Positions 9,654 to 19,614 of a DNA stretch of 64,000 nucleotides are shown in pieces. Origin of the DNA: Nitrospirota bacterium (GTDB lineage Bacteria; Nitrospirota; UBA9217); assembly GCA_963749655.1 (NCBI GenBank), contig CAVVOB010000020.1, forward strand, positions 1 through 64,000. Direction: 5' to 3'. Both the position numbers and the translations under genes were made by a program. The first letter of the stretch is position 1; each line of letters starts with the position of its first letter. Below the pieces are notes generated by a model that was not told the origin of the DNA, ran no database searches, and saw only the letters and a program-made list of their open reading frames with translations.

Positions 9654-10898
9654 TCAGAACGGCAGCAGATTCCCCAATCCATCAAAGCGGACCGGCGCCG
9701 GATCCGTGAGCGGCGTGAGGCGGTCGTGAACGGTCACCTCGGCCAGCAGCGCCTCCGAGCATTCCAGCTCGGTCAGGTGAAGCGTGTTCTTGATCCGGAC
9801 GACGCGCGCCTGCGCCGGAGGCGTGAGGCCATTCATGTGCAGGGCGGTCTGGATCGCGTCCCGATCCGTGTCGAAGGCCATCGGGATCTTTGAATCGTGG
9901 GTATCGCTCGAAGTGATCCCATTCATGTACATGGCCGCATAGTTGATCTGCTTGACGAGCCGCCAGGTCGTCAGATCGGCGAACCCTATTCCAATCGCGT
10001 TCCCCTCGCTCTCTGGGGTAAGATCACGAACAAACAAATGGCGAATGGTCGGTTTTCCCGCCGGTTTTTGGATGGCGGGCCGCCCGATGACATAGGGATC
10101 CATCCCGGCACCGTTAATATTCTTCCCCATCTCGTCCACGATGAGGAGATCGATCGCTTCGAAGGGTAATCCGGCCATCCAGGCTTTGGCGTCTTTCAAC
10201 AGGGCCTTCTCCCCGGATTCGAAGTCCCTCGGGAGCAGGGCCTTCACCGCGGCTGTTTCGCCATAGCCGTTCTGGACAATGCCCAACCCAAAGAGAATAT
10301 GGCCGGTGTCCAGGACGGTTCTCCCCACCAGCGGGAAGATCTCGGCATAGCTGTAGTGTTGCCCGGCTCGATGGTAGTTCTCCGCCCCGTGCTGCTTCCC
10401 GAGCCCGATGGCCATCATCTTGAAGAGGCCGCTTTCGATCTCGCCGCTGAAATCCGGGTGGGCGTTGACCCAGCCCACCACGGCAATGTGGTCGGCCTCC
10501 CAGGCGTTCTTGTCGCAGTAGACCGTGGTGCCTTTCGTCTTGCCAACCTCCACCACCTCCATGCTGGACCTGACGGGACACCCCATCGTCGATTCGGTGA
10601 CCCCGTAATGCCCCAGAACCTTGGACTGACCCTCGGCGGTGGCCCCCCCGTGGCTGCCCATAGCCGGGACAATAAAGGGCTTGAGCCCCAGGGATTTCGC
10701 TTGGTCCACCACGGCCCGGGTAATGCGATCGATGTTGGCGATGCCGCGGCTGCCTGCCGTAATGGCCACGGTCTGGCCCGACTTCACCAGATCCCGGAGG
10801 CGCAGCGACTCGATCGATGCTCGGACGGCTGCCGGGATGTCGGGGAGGCTGGGGCCTTCCAACTCTTGCCTCACGCGGAACATTTTTGGACACACCAT
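9654..10898 (-). CDS. LarA-like (DUF2088/DUF362-type) putative nickel-pincer-dependent isomerase
   Basis: VAITAGSRGIANI, PAMGSHGGAT, ESGLFKMMAIGLGK, GNAIGIGFAD and VVRIKNTL motifs. Confidence 0.75.
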   Translation of the reverse strand: MVCPKMFRVRQELEGPSLPDIPAAVRASIESLRLRDLVKSGQTVAITAGSRGIANIDRITRAVVDQAKSLGLKPFIVPAMGSHGGATAEGQSKVLGHYGVTESTMGCPVRSSMEVVEVGKTKGTTVYCDKNAWEADHIAVVGWVNAHPDFSGEIESGLFKMMAIGLGKQHGAENYHRAGQHYSYAEIFPLVGRTVLDTGHILFGLGIVQNGYGETAAVKALLPRDFESGEKALLKDAKAWMAGLPFEAIDLLIVDEMGKNINGAGMDPYVIGRPAIQKPAGKPTIRHLFVRDLTPESEGNAIGIGFADLTTWRLVKQINYAAMYMNGITSSDTHDSKIPMAFDTDRDAIQTALHMNGLTPPAQARVVRIKNTLHLTELECSEALLAEVTVHDRLTPLTDPAPVRFDGLGNLLPF

Positions 10899-11044
10899 GA
10901 TGGAACCTCTATGTGATGTTGGACACAGCAAGCGCGTACGGCACCCACCATGGAGCTGCCCCAGGGCCTTCCGGACCTCGCCCGCCGGCAGCTCGAGTAG
11001 GTCGAACTCAACGGGAACCCGTGCCCCAACGACGAGCGCGCGAC

Positions 11045-11914
11045 CTAGCGCCCTCGCAGCTTTGGGTCAAGCATGTCGCGAAGACCGTCGCCCAAGAGGT
11101 TGAACCCAAACACAGCGAGCATGATCGCCAATCCCGGGAAGATGCTCATCCATGGCGCGGTCTCGAGGTAGGTTCGCCCCTCGTTCAGCATCGTGCCCCA
11201 GGATGGATCCGGAGGCTGTGTCCCGAGGCCGACATAGCTTAGCGACGCTTCCGTCAGGATCGCAAACGCGAGCGCCACGGATGCTTGCACGATCAGGGGC
11301 GCCAAGACGTTCGGCAGGATATGGCGAACGATCACGCGGCCTGACCCGGCGCCGAGGGCGATCGCCGCCGACACGTGCTCGCGCGCCCGCTCGGCCATAA
11401 CGGGGCCTCGGGCGACGCGGCAGAAGAGCGGGATATAGACCACCGCGATGGCTACCACCGCGTTGTCCAGCCCCGGACCGAGCATGGCCGAGATTGCGAC
11501 GGCCAGCACCAGCGTCGGGAAGCTGAAGAGGACGTCCATCACCCGCCCGATCGCAAGGTCGGACCACCCGCCGACGAAGCCGGCCACGAGACCGAGAGCG
11601 GAGCCGATGACGAACGCCACGCTCATGCTCGACAGCGCCACACCAAGGGCAATCCGGCTCCCGTGGATGGTCCGGCTCAGGACGTCCCGTCCGTAACGAT
11701 CTGTCCCGAACCAGTGCGCGCTCGACGGCCCCTTCAGCGCGTCCATCACCTTCATTTCGGTGGGGTCGTACGGCGCGATGGTACTCGCGAACACCGCGAG
11801 CACCACGAGGAGCAGGACGATCGCCATCCCACACAGGACGAGCCGATTTCTCAGCCCTGGACGGACGACGTTGCGCCAACCGAAGGCTGACTTGGCGGTC
11901 ATGTCGTCAGCCAT
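11045..11914 (-). CDS. Peptide/nickel ABC transporter permease (DppC-like)
   Basis: HWFGTDRYGRDVLSRTIHG, EAA-like loop, RHILPN and EASLSYVGLG..PPDPSWG. Confidence 0.95.
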   Translation of the reverse strand: MADDMTAKSAFGWRNVVRPGLRNRLVLCGMAIVLLLVVLAVFASTIAPYDPTEMKVMDALKGPSSAHWFGTDRYGRDVLSRTIHGSRIALGVALSSMSVAFVIGSALGLVAGFVGGWSDLAIGRVMDVLFSFPTLVLAVAISAMLGPGLDNAVVAIAVVYIPLFCRVARGPVMAERAREHVSAAIALGAGSGRVIVRHILPNVLAPLIVQASVALAFAILTEASLSYVGLGTQPPDPSWGTMLNEGRTYLETAPWMSIFPGLAIMLAVFGFNLLGDGLRDMLDPKLRGR

Positions 11915-12857
11915 AGCGAATCCGCGGGTCGATGACCGCATAGACGAGATCCACGGCCAGGTTGACGAGCATGAAGAGTGCGCTGACGAACAGGATGGTG
12001 CCCTGAACCAAGGGGTAGTCGCGCTGAAACACCGCCCAGAGGATCAACCGCCCCACGCCCGGCAGGGTGAAGACTTCCTCGGTGACGATCGCGCCACCGA
12101 GCAGGTAGCCCACCTGAACGCCGACGACCGTGATGAGCGGGATCAGGCTGTTCCGCATCGCGTGGACCCAGACGACGGTTCGCTCCGACACGCCCTTCGC
12201 TCGCGCCGTGCGTACGTAATGCTCGCGCATGACCTCGAGCAGGGATGAGCGCGTCATCCGCATGAAGACCGCAGCCACGGCCGTGCCGAGCGCCAGGCTG
12301 GGTAGCGCCATGATGGCGAGATTGGCGCGCAGGTTGGTCCAGGGGCTCACAAACGCGACGGCAGGCGCCCAGTGGAGCCAGAGCGAGACGGCCAGGATCA
12401 GCATCGTGGCCTGCCAGAAGACGGGGATGGAGAGGCTGAAGAGACTCACCACTCGCGCGACGTGGTCGAGGTAGGTGTTCTCCCGCCGGGCGGAAAGGAT
12501 CCCCAGCGGGATGCCGAAAATCAGCGCGACGACCATCGCGCCCAACGTCAGCTCGGCGGTCACCACGAACCGGCTCAGGATCATCTGAAGGACGGGGATC
12601 CCAGTGCGCCAGCTCGTCCCCAGATCGCCCTGCAGGACCGACAAGAGCCACCGACCGTACTGAACATGGATCGGAACATCCAGGCCGAAGAAGGCACGCA
12701 GCGCTCGAACCGTTTCCTCGCTGTAGCTCCCCTCGGTGCCGATCATTTGATCGACGATCGTGCCGGGGATGAGGCGGATCAGGAGGAACACCGCGAGCGT
12801 GACCCCAAGCAGCGTGGGGAGGAGAGACAGGGTGCGAATTATGGCGTAGCGGAGCAT
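11907..12857 (-). CDS. Peptide/nickel ABC transporter permease (DppB-like)
   Basis: GLD.PIHVQY, GDLGTS, YVRTARAKG, HAMRNSLIP and RDYPLVQG. Confidence 0.95.
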   Translation of the reverse strand: MLRYAIIRTLSLLPTLLGVTLAVFLLIRLIPGTIVDQMIGTEGSYSEETVRALRAFFGLDVPIHVQYGRWLLSVLQGDLGTSWRTGIPVLQMILSRFVVTAELTLGAMVVALIFGIPLGILSARRENTYLDHVARVVSLFSLSIPVFWQATMLILAVSLWLHWAPAVAFVSPWTNLRANLAIMALPSLALGTAVAAVFMRMTRSSLLEVMREHYVRTARAKGVSERTVVWVHAMRNSLIPLITVVGVQVGYLLGGAIVTEEVFTLPGVGRLILWAVFQRDYPLVQGTILFVSALFMLVNLAVDLVYAVIDPRIRYG

Positions 12858-12870
12858 GGTTCGACCGACC

Positions 12871-12904
12871 GCGTCCGGGCCCCGGCATGCCGGGGCCCGG
12901 ACGC
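12871..12904. repeat. Perfect 34-bp palindrome between SBP and permease genes
   Basis: GCGTCCGGGCCCCGGCATGCCGGGGCCCGGACGC equals its own reverse complement. Confidence 0.9.
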
Positions 12905-12914
12905 CGCGGACGCT

Positions 12915-13049
12915 AAATGGACAAGTTATTCCGTAACGGCTCCTAAGCCGTTGTCAAAGAATAACTGGACCGGAGAAATTCCGGGAACGGCATAAGGAGC
13001 CGTAACGAAATCACAACAAATGGACACGTTATTTCGTAACGGCTCCTAA
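12915..13049. mobile_element. Cluster of miniature IS-end-like repeats
   Basis: 32-bp direct repeats at 12915-12946 and 13018-13049 (2 mismatches). AGGAGCCGTAACGAAATCAC (12995-13014) is inverted to GTTATTTCGTAACGGCTCCT (13028-13047). Confidence 0.65.
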
Positions 13050-14608
13050 CCGAGCGCGACCGTCCGGAAGTTATAGTAGAGGGAGGTGAAGTGTTGCTCG
13101 TACTGGACGCTGCTCTGCACGACCTCGATCAGATCGGGCGAGAAGGTCCAGATCGCCAAGGCGCGCTCGACCATCAGTCGCTGAGCCTTGTCGTAGGTCT
13201 CCTTGCGTTTGGTCCGGTCGATGGTAGCCCGCCCCTGGTCGAGCAGGGCGTCCACCTCGGGATCCCCGCCATTGGTCCACTGCTGCTCGCTCCCATGGAA
13301 GCGGCGGAAGAAGAGCGAGTCCGGATCCGCCTCGCCGTTCGTGAGCTGCATCGAGAGGTCGAAGTTGAAGTTGGGCTTGATGATGTTCTTGATCCACACA
13401 CCGTACTCTTGCTGCACGATCTGCGCGTCGATCCCAACGCGCTTCAGGTGCGCCGAGATGACCTGGGCCCCCGCCACCATCGTCGGGAAGGTCGGGATCG
13501 CCAGGATCGAGGTCTTGAACCCGCTCGGAAACCCCGCGTCGGCGAGCAGCTTCTTGGCGCGCTCGATGTTCGGCGTGTACCACTCCTTGTACGCATCGAG
13601 CGGCAACGCCCAGGGCTTCATGGCGGGGGTGGCCGGGCCGGTAACCTGGCCAAGTCCCGAGGCCGCCACCTGGAGCACTTCGTTCCGGTCGATGGCTAGG
13701 CTGAGGGCCTGCCGGACGCGGACGTCGGTGAACGGTTTCCGCCCCATATTGATCATCAGACAGTCGAACCCGAGCCGCGAGGTCCGGAGTGTGGTGAGCC
13801 GCTTATCGTCCTTGACCAGGAGGTAGTTCTTGTTGTCCTCGAGCATGGCGTGGTGGATGTTGCCCGTGCGGAGCTGGGCGATGATGCTCGCCTCGTCGGG
13901 GATGATCCGGATCTCGATGGCGTCGACCACCGGCTTGCCCTTGTCCCAGTAATCGGGATTCCGCCGCGCCTTCAGATGACTCTGCGGGACCCACTCCTGC
14001 AGGATGAAAGGACCGGTCCCGATGGCGGTCCGTCGCAGATCCCCGCGCTTCTCGACCTCGTCCCGCGGGACGATCGCCGACCAGTTTCCGGCCAACCCCG
14101 CCAGCAGCGACGCGGTCGGCGCCTTGGTGTGGATCCGCACGGTATACTTGTCCGGGATCTCGATGCTTTCGACCGCCGCGAAGTAGCCACGGCCGCCCGA
14201 TCCCACCTTGGCGTCCATGACCTTCTCGTAGGTGAACTTGACGTCGTCCGCCGCCAACTCGCGTCCGTTATGGAACTTCACGTCGCGGCGCAGCTTGAAG
14301 GTCCAGATCTTGCCGTCCGGAGACACCGTCCACGACTCGGCCAGGGCGGGATGGATGGCGCCGTCGGTGCCCCACTCCACCAGCCGATTGTAGAACAAGA
14401 CGTCGATTCGTTGGCGCGAGGCCGCCTGCTCCAGAATCGTGTCCAGACTCGGGGCCTCCGTGGTCTTGGCGGAGATGAAGGTGCCACCGGTCTTGCGCGA
14501 TTGCGTCGGTTGCTGTGCCCAGGCGCTAGCCGCGGGCGTAGCGGCGGCGGCGGCGGTCAACGCGAGAAACTGACGGCGAGTCACCCCAGAACGACGCGTG
14601 TTGCGCAT
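13046..14608 (-). CDS. Peptide/nickel ABC transporter substrate-binding protein (family 5) with Tat signal
   Basis: TRRQFL twin-arginine signal, PALAESW.VSPDG..WTFKLR.DVKFHNG, IGTGPF and DVRVRQALSLAIDR. Confidence 0.95.
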   Translation of the reverse strand: MRNTRRSGVTRRQFLALTAAAAATPAASAWAQQPTQSRKTGGTFISAKTTEAPSLDTILEQAASRQRIDVLFYNRLVEWGTDGAIHPALAESWTVSPDGKIWTFKLRRDVKFHNGRELAADDVKFTYEKVMDAKVGSGGRGYFAAVESIEIPDKYTVRIHTKAPTASLLAGLAGNWSAIVPRDEVEKRGDLRRTAIGTGPFILQEWVPQSHLKARRNPDYWDKGKPVVDAIEIRIIPDEASIIAQLRTGNIHHAMLEDNKNYLLVKDDKRLTTLRTSRLGFDCLMINMGRKPFTDVRVRQALSLAIDRNEVLQVAASGLGQVTGPATPAMKPWALPLDAYKEWYTPNIERAKKLLADAGFPSGFKTSILAIPTFPTMVAGAQVISAHLKRVGIDAQIVQQEYGVWIKNIIKPNFNFDLSMQLTNGEADPDSLFFRRFHGSEQQWTNGGDPEVDALLDQGRATIDRTKRKETYDKAQRLMVERALAIWTFSPDLIEVVQSSVQYEQHFTSLYYNFRTVALG

Positions 14609-14842
14609 GACGTCCTCCTCTCAAATTGCCAGCGAAAGCGAAACATCAAAACAGATCAGCGCTCAGGGCGTTCCCCTAGATGGTCAGCGCTGCGACCGCT
14701 CCAGATGAGGTCGCCGCATGGTTTCTATTTCGGTGACCACACGCGCTCCCTTATATACATTTGACGGAGTCAAATCAACCGCAAATCGGCGGTCGAAGGC
14801 GGCAGGCTCCGCCGGATTCAATGCCAGCGCCTGACGATTCGC

Positions 14843-16129
14843 CTAGAGATACCCGAGCATTCGTGGGATCCACAGCGTCAACGCAGGCACGTACGTAAGG
14901 ATAAAAAGGACCACGATCTCTATGAGCAGGAAGGGAACGACGGCGCGAAACAGTCTCTCGATGGAAATATGTCCGATCGCGCTCAAGATGAAGAGATTGG
15001 TTCCGACTGGTGGCGTGATTTGGCCGATGAGGAGATTGACCGACATGATGATGCCGAAATGCAGGGGATGCACACCCAATTGCACCGCAAGCGGATGAAG
15101 GAGGGGTGCCAGAATCATGATGGCCGGGAACGTATCCATCAGCATTCCGACGACCAGAAGGAACAGATTGAGGATGAGGAGAAACACATAGACGTTGCCC
15201 GACACGGACAGGAAGAACCGCTCAACGGCCGGGCCCACGTTATTGATGGCGAGGACCCACACCAGAATATTGGTTGTCGCAAGCAAGAGCCAGATGATGC
15301 TGCTGATCTTGGCCGATTCAAAGAGAATGCCCGGCAAGGCCCGGAGCGGAAGCGTCCGCAGAATACACACGCATAAGAAGATGGCATACGCGGCACCAAC
15401 CCCGGCAGCCTCCGTTGGTGTAAAGATCCCGCCGAGAATACCCCCTACAATAATGATCGGCAGCATCATCGAGAGCGCGCTGGTGCGCAAAATGGCACCG
15501 GTCTCTTTCCACGTGAGGGGTTCTGCCGCGCGAGGAAAATGATTTCGCCGGCTGATCACGTACGCCACAAGCATGAGCCCGAGCGCAATGAGAAGTCCCG
15601 GGATGATACCCGCCATGAACATCCCACCAATGGAGACGCCGGTGGCCATAGAGTAGATGACAAACGTGATACTCGGGGGGATGATGGGACCCAGCACGGC
15701 GGCGGAGGCGATCACTGCACAACTGAAGTCGTGGGGATACTTCTTGGCTTTCATGGCGGGGAGCATGACCGATCCAATGGCGGTCGCGTCTGCCGTGGAC
15801 GACCCGGTAATGCCCGCAAAGATCGTGCAGGCAACGATGGCGGCTTGGGCCAAACCGCCCGAAATCCTTCCGACGAGGATTTCCGAGAACCGGACGAGTC
15901 GCTCGGTGACCTGCCCGCGCGCCATGACTTCGCCCGCGAGCACAAAGAACGGCACCGCCATGAGCGGAAAGGAATCGAGGGCCTTCAGCGTCCGGATCAC
16001 TAACACGTTCAACTGAATCCCGCCGGTGGCCAGGATTCCCCCAACGGCGGCCAGTCCGGTACTGAAGGCAATGGGGATCCCGACCGCCGTGGTGAGGAAA
16101 AAGAGGGCGGCGATAATCGCAAAGACCAT
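14843..16129 (-). CDS. TRAP transporter large permease (DctM)
   Basis: SFPLMAVPFFVLAGEVM, GITGSSTADA, IIPPSI, GIFTPTEAA and HPLHFG..ITPPVG. Confidence 0.95.
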   Translation of the reverse strand: MVFAIIAALFFLTTAVGIPIAFSTGLAAVGGILATGGIQLNVLVIRTLKALDSFPLMAVPFFVLAGEVMARGQVTERLVRFSEILVGRISGGLAQAAIVACTIFAGITGSSTADATAIGSVMLPAMKAKKYPHDFSCAVIASAAVLGPIIPPSITFVIYSMATGVSIGGMFMAGIIPGLLIALGLMLVAYVISRRNHFPRAAEPLTWKETGAILRTSALSMMLPIIIVGGILGGIFTPTEAAGVGAAYAIFLCVCILRTLPLRALPGILFESAKISSIIWLLLATTNILVWVLAINNVGPAVERFFLSVSGNVYVFLLILNLFLLVVGMLMDTFPAIMILAPLLHPLAVQLGVHPLHFGIIMSVNLLIGQITPPVGTNLFILSAIGHISIERLFRAVVPFLLIEIVVLFILTYVPALTLWIPRMLGYL

Positions 16130-16143
16130 GAGGCCCCCTCCGG

Positions 16144-16626
16144 CTACTTCTCGGTCGACGCCTGTGGCTTGATAAGCAACTTGACAGAAATGAGGGCGAG
16201 CAACAGAAAACTGACCGGGACCGCGGCGTATATGATGTTCATCGGAATCCGTAGCGCCGTGGATTTGATCTCGCTGTAGGATTCAAGAGACTTGGCCCCC
16301 TGCCACGCGATCAGGGTGCACAGGGCGGCAATCAGCACGTGCGAGACGGCCTGAGTCACCCGGCGGAGCCTGGGTCCCATTCTGTCCAAGAGTAATCCGA
16401 TCCCCACATGCTGCCCCTCATTGTGCGCGTACACGGCCGCGAGCAGCCCCGACCAAATCATGAAATACCGCGTGAGTTCTTCGGGCCAGCTCAGGGCCGC
16501 GTTGAGTACGTAACGCATGAACACCTGGAGGACGACAATGGCAACCATGGCCGCCGTGAGCAGCCAGATGACGAGCCTGAGCCCCCTATCGACCAGGGCA
16601 ACCATCTCTGTCAGCACCCGCCCCAT
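16144..16626 (-). CDS. TRAP transporter small permease (DctQ)
   Basis: QVFMRYVLN..LSWPEELTRYFMIW and HVG motifs. Confidence 0.93.
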   Translation of the reverse strand: MGRVLTEMVALVDRGLRLVIWLLTAAMVAIVVLQVFMRYVLNAALSWPEELTRYFMIWSGLLAAVYAHNEGQHVGIGLLLDRMGPRLRRVTQAVSHVLIAALCTLIAWQGAKSLESYSEIKSTALRIPMNIIYAAVPVSFLLLALISVKLLIKPQASTEK

Positions 16627-16724
16627 AGCAAGAGCTCCCCACGTACGTGCTGTGTCGCGAAGACGTCGGGAAGCGGGGGCAGCGAGCGCCTCCGCTTCCC
16701 GAGTCGAATCTCCTCATCCCGAAA

Positions 16725-17768
16725 TCAGTTCGCCTGTCGGGCGATCTGCGCCTCGATCTCCTTCACGGTCTTGAGTGCGCCATCCACCACCTCCGCCCCG
16801 ACCTTCTTCTTCAGGAAATCGACAACCGGGGGTTGGGCAGCCGCCCGGAACTTTTCCTTGAGGGACATGGGCGCCGCATACACCTGGACGCCCTTCTTTT
16901 CTAGCTCTTTCACGGCCCCCACCCGGTTCTCGTGCAGACGCACGCCGGTCTCCACTGTCGCGCCCAACCGTGCGCCGACCCAGAAGATCTGGCGGATGTT
17001 GGCCGGAAGCGACTTCCACCACTTCTCGTTGGCGTAATACAGATTCCAGGCGAGACCGTGCTCGTCCGTTGTGAAGTGTTTCTGGACTTCGTAGAACTTC
17101 GCGTCGAGGATGGTCGCGGGGGGATTCTCCTGGCCGTCCACCACGCCCTGTTGAAGGGCGCTATACAGTTCGCTCCACGCGATCGGGGTCGGCGAGGCGC
17201 CCAGCGCCTTGACCAACTCCATCATGACGGGCACGGGCTGCACCCGTATTTTGAGGCCCTTCATGTCCTCCATTGATTTGATGGGTCGCTTGCTGTTGGT
17301 AAACGACCGGAATCCGGAGACGCCGGCACCGATGATCCGAACGCCGGTCTTCTTGGCAAAATCGTCGTTCAGTTTCCGGAAGTAGTCGCTCTCGAAGAAC
17401 TTCTGAACCACCAATTCGCTGGAGAACAGGTACGGAATGCTCAAGATGACCATCGGCTCGTAGAATCCGGTGATTGTCTCATCCCCCTGCGTGATCTGAT
17501 AGAGACCCGACTTGACGCCCTCGTACAGCTCCGCCAGGTCCCCGAGCTGCCCGCCCGTATACAGATCTACTTTGATGTCGCCGCCGGCAGCGCCCTCCGT
17601 ATACGACTTGAACACGTCCATGCCTCGGCAGAGGGCGGAGGTGGGGATCTCGACGCATCCGAGTTTCACGGTGTACTTGGGATCGGCCGCCAGCACGCCG
17701 GGCACCGGGAAAGCCCACAACAGGGACAACGTGATGACTAGCGCGCCCAACAACATCCTTCTCTTCAT
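16725..17768 (-). CDS. TRAP substrate-binding protein (DctP)
   Basis: Signal peptide, GFRSFTNSKRPI...DMKGLKIRV, ELYSALQQGVVDGQENP; AAGGAG RBS. Confidence 0.95.
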   Translation of the reverse strand: MKRRMLLGALVITLSLLWAFPVPGVLAADPKYTVKLGCVEIPTSALCRGMDVFKSYTEGAAGGDIKVDLYTGGQLGDLAELYEGVKSGLYQITQGDETITGFYEPMVILSIPYLFSSELVVQKFFESDYFRKLNDDFAKKTGVRIIGAGVSGFRSFTNSKRPIKSMEDMKGLKIRVQPVPVMMELVKALGASPTPIAWSELYSALQQGVVDGQENPPATILDAKFYEVQKHFTTDEHGLAWNLYYANEKWWKSLPANIRQIFWVGARLGATVETGVRLHENRVGAVKELEKKGVQVYAAPMSLKEKFRAAAQPPVVDFLKKKVGAEVVDGALKTVKEIEAQIARQAN

Positions 17769-17929
17769 GACGTTCTCCTTTGAAAGAATGGCCACCTGCA
17801 TTCACCGACTGCCACCGATGTCCCGCGGCTCACCCCCGTCTCGGTACGTAGCGCCGCTCTGTTTGAGGCATTCTCGGAATGCCTCGCGGAGCGCCCGCTC
17901 TGGCCCCCTGACTCCGGATCCCTCTGAAC

Positions 17930-19240
17930 CTAAGCTTGTAGCATCTTCGACAACACCTCCTCCGCGATCGTCAGGGTGCGGTCTACGTCCTCATCAGTGT
18001 GAGCGGCAGAAATATAGAAACGTCCACGGCTTGGGTGGAAGCGGATCCCGCGTTCCAAGCTCAGGGTGCGGAACTGCCGATACCGCGCCTTGTCGACTTT
18101 GAGTGTGTCGCGATAATCAACCATGGGACCGGTGATGCCGAACTCCAGTTGCCAGACCGAGGCGATGCTCGCCGAATAGAGAACGATCCCTTTCCGCGAG
18201 CCAATCTCGGTGACCCCCTCAGCCAGGCGGCGCGTAATGCGCGCCATATGCTCGTAGACGCCTGGCTTCTCCAGCTCTGCGAGCGTGGCAAGGGCGGCGG
18301 CGACCACGATGGGATTCGCATTGAAAGTGCCCGCCGGCTGAACACCCGACTCCAGAATCTCGCGCTTCCCCGCCACCCCTGCCAGGGGGTAGCCGCCAGC
18401 GACCGCCTTGGCGAACGTACACAGGTCGGGCGTCACGCCGTAGAACTGCTGCGCACCACCCAGGGCCAGCCTGAAGCCGGTTATCACTTCATCGAAGATC
18501 AGTACGATTTCGCTTTCTTGTGTGATCGCCCGCAGCCCCTCGAGGTAGCCCGGTTTGGGCATGACCGGTTCCGCGTTGAACATCACGGGTTCGGTAATAA
18601 TGGCTGCGATCTCGTGGCCGTGCCGCTTCACCACCTGTCGAACGAGATCTAAATCGTTCCACGGGAGCACGAGGACATCCTCGAGGGCAGCCGGCCGTTG
18701 TCCTGGGCTACTCAGGACCTTCCAGGGGTTGTTTCGAGGCCCGAGCATCTTCACCGAAAGAGGGTTATGGCTGATCCATTCCTCGTCGGACCATCCATGA
18801 TAGTGCCCCTCGAACTTGAGAATCTTATCCTTGCCCGTGAAGGCCCTGGCCAACCGGAAGTTCAGCATGTTGGCCTCGGTGCCGGTGCATGCGTAACTCA
18901 CGAGCTCTGCGCAGGGGATGATCTGGGTGAGCTTGTTCGACAACTGGTTCAGTTGCGCGAAGGGGGCTGCGAACTGGGTCCCTCGCCCAATCTGCTCGAT
19001 GACGGCCTGGTCGACGGCCGTGGGGCAATAACCCAGGATCATGGGGCCATACCCACCCATGTAGTCGACGTATTCATTCCCATCTACATCGTAGATACGG
19101 GACCCCCGGGCTCGCTCGATGAAGATGGGATATTCCTCCCATTCGGCTTTATGGAGCGCGCTGGCAACGCCGCCAACGAGTTTGTGCCGGCCTTCCTCAA
19201 AGAGCTGCTTTGATTTCTCGGTTTTTTGTCGATCCTGCAT
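17930..19240 (-). CDS. Class III PLP aminotransferase, glutamate-1-semialdehyde aminomutase (HemL)-like paralog
   Basis: DVDGNEYVDY, GTEA, KFEGHYHG, IFDEVITGFR, TFAKAVAGGYP (PLP Lys) and GTFNANP. Confidence 0.9.
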   Translation of the reverse strand: MQDRQKTEKSKQLFEEGRHKLVGGVASALHKAEWEEYPIFIERARGSRIYDVDGNEYVDYMGGYGPMILGYCPTAVDQAVIEQIGRGTQFAAPFAQLNQLSNKLTQIIPCAELVSYACTGTEANMLNFRLARAFTGKDKILKFEGHYHGWSDEEWISHNPLSVKMLGPRNNPWKVLSSPGQRPAALEDVLVLPWNDLDLVRQVVKRHGHEIAAIITEPVMFNAEPVMPKPGYLEGLRAITQESEIVLIFDEVITGFRLALGGAQQFYGVTPDLCTFAKAVAGGYPLAGVAGKREILESGVQPAGTFNANPIVVAAALATLAELEKPGVYEHMARITRRLAEGVTEIGSRKGIVLYSASIASVWQLEFGITGPMVDYRDTLKVDKARYRQFRTLSLERGIRFHPSRGRFYISAAHTDEDVDRTLTIAEEVLSKMLQA

Positions 19241-19288
19241 CGCTTCCCCCGGAGGTTTCTGGTGCGTTCCTTTTCATATTAATACTCA

Positions 19289-19346
19289 TAGTCGAACATC
19301 GATTGTATTCTGGTCGACTATCGACTATAACTTATAACGACTATAG
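19289..19346. promoter_or_regulatory. Putative GntR operator array
   Basis: TAGTCGAACATCGATTG (19289) and TGGTCGACTATCGACTA (19311) are 22 bp apart, with a further CGACTA half-site. They lie between the aminotransferase gene and the divergent gntR. Confidence 0.5.
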
Positions 19347-19614
19347 TTGAGATGTCCAGAGAAATATGCTATTGGATAGTTATCGAAACTTGACTCAGGT
19401 GCGAGAGTGAATCAGATCCATATCTCTTTAGAATTAAAAGGTCAGGGATAATACACCAGTGGCCGGTGCGGATTTTTCCTGTTGAATTTCCAGCGAGGGA
19501 CATTCGGCGTTCTTTGGGAAGTCTCATGATGCGCCCCTCGGGGCAGAGATCCCGGAACGCAACCTCGGCCATGGACGTGCCCAGCTTGAATCGCGTTCCG
19601 ACTTAGTGGGGAGG

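Noticed and set aside
12915-13049. Possible mini CRISPR array (two 32-bp direct repeats)
   Set aside because: Only two repeats, the 71-bp spacer contains an inverted copy of the repeat, and there are no cas genes.
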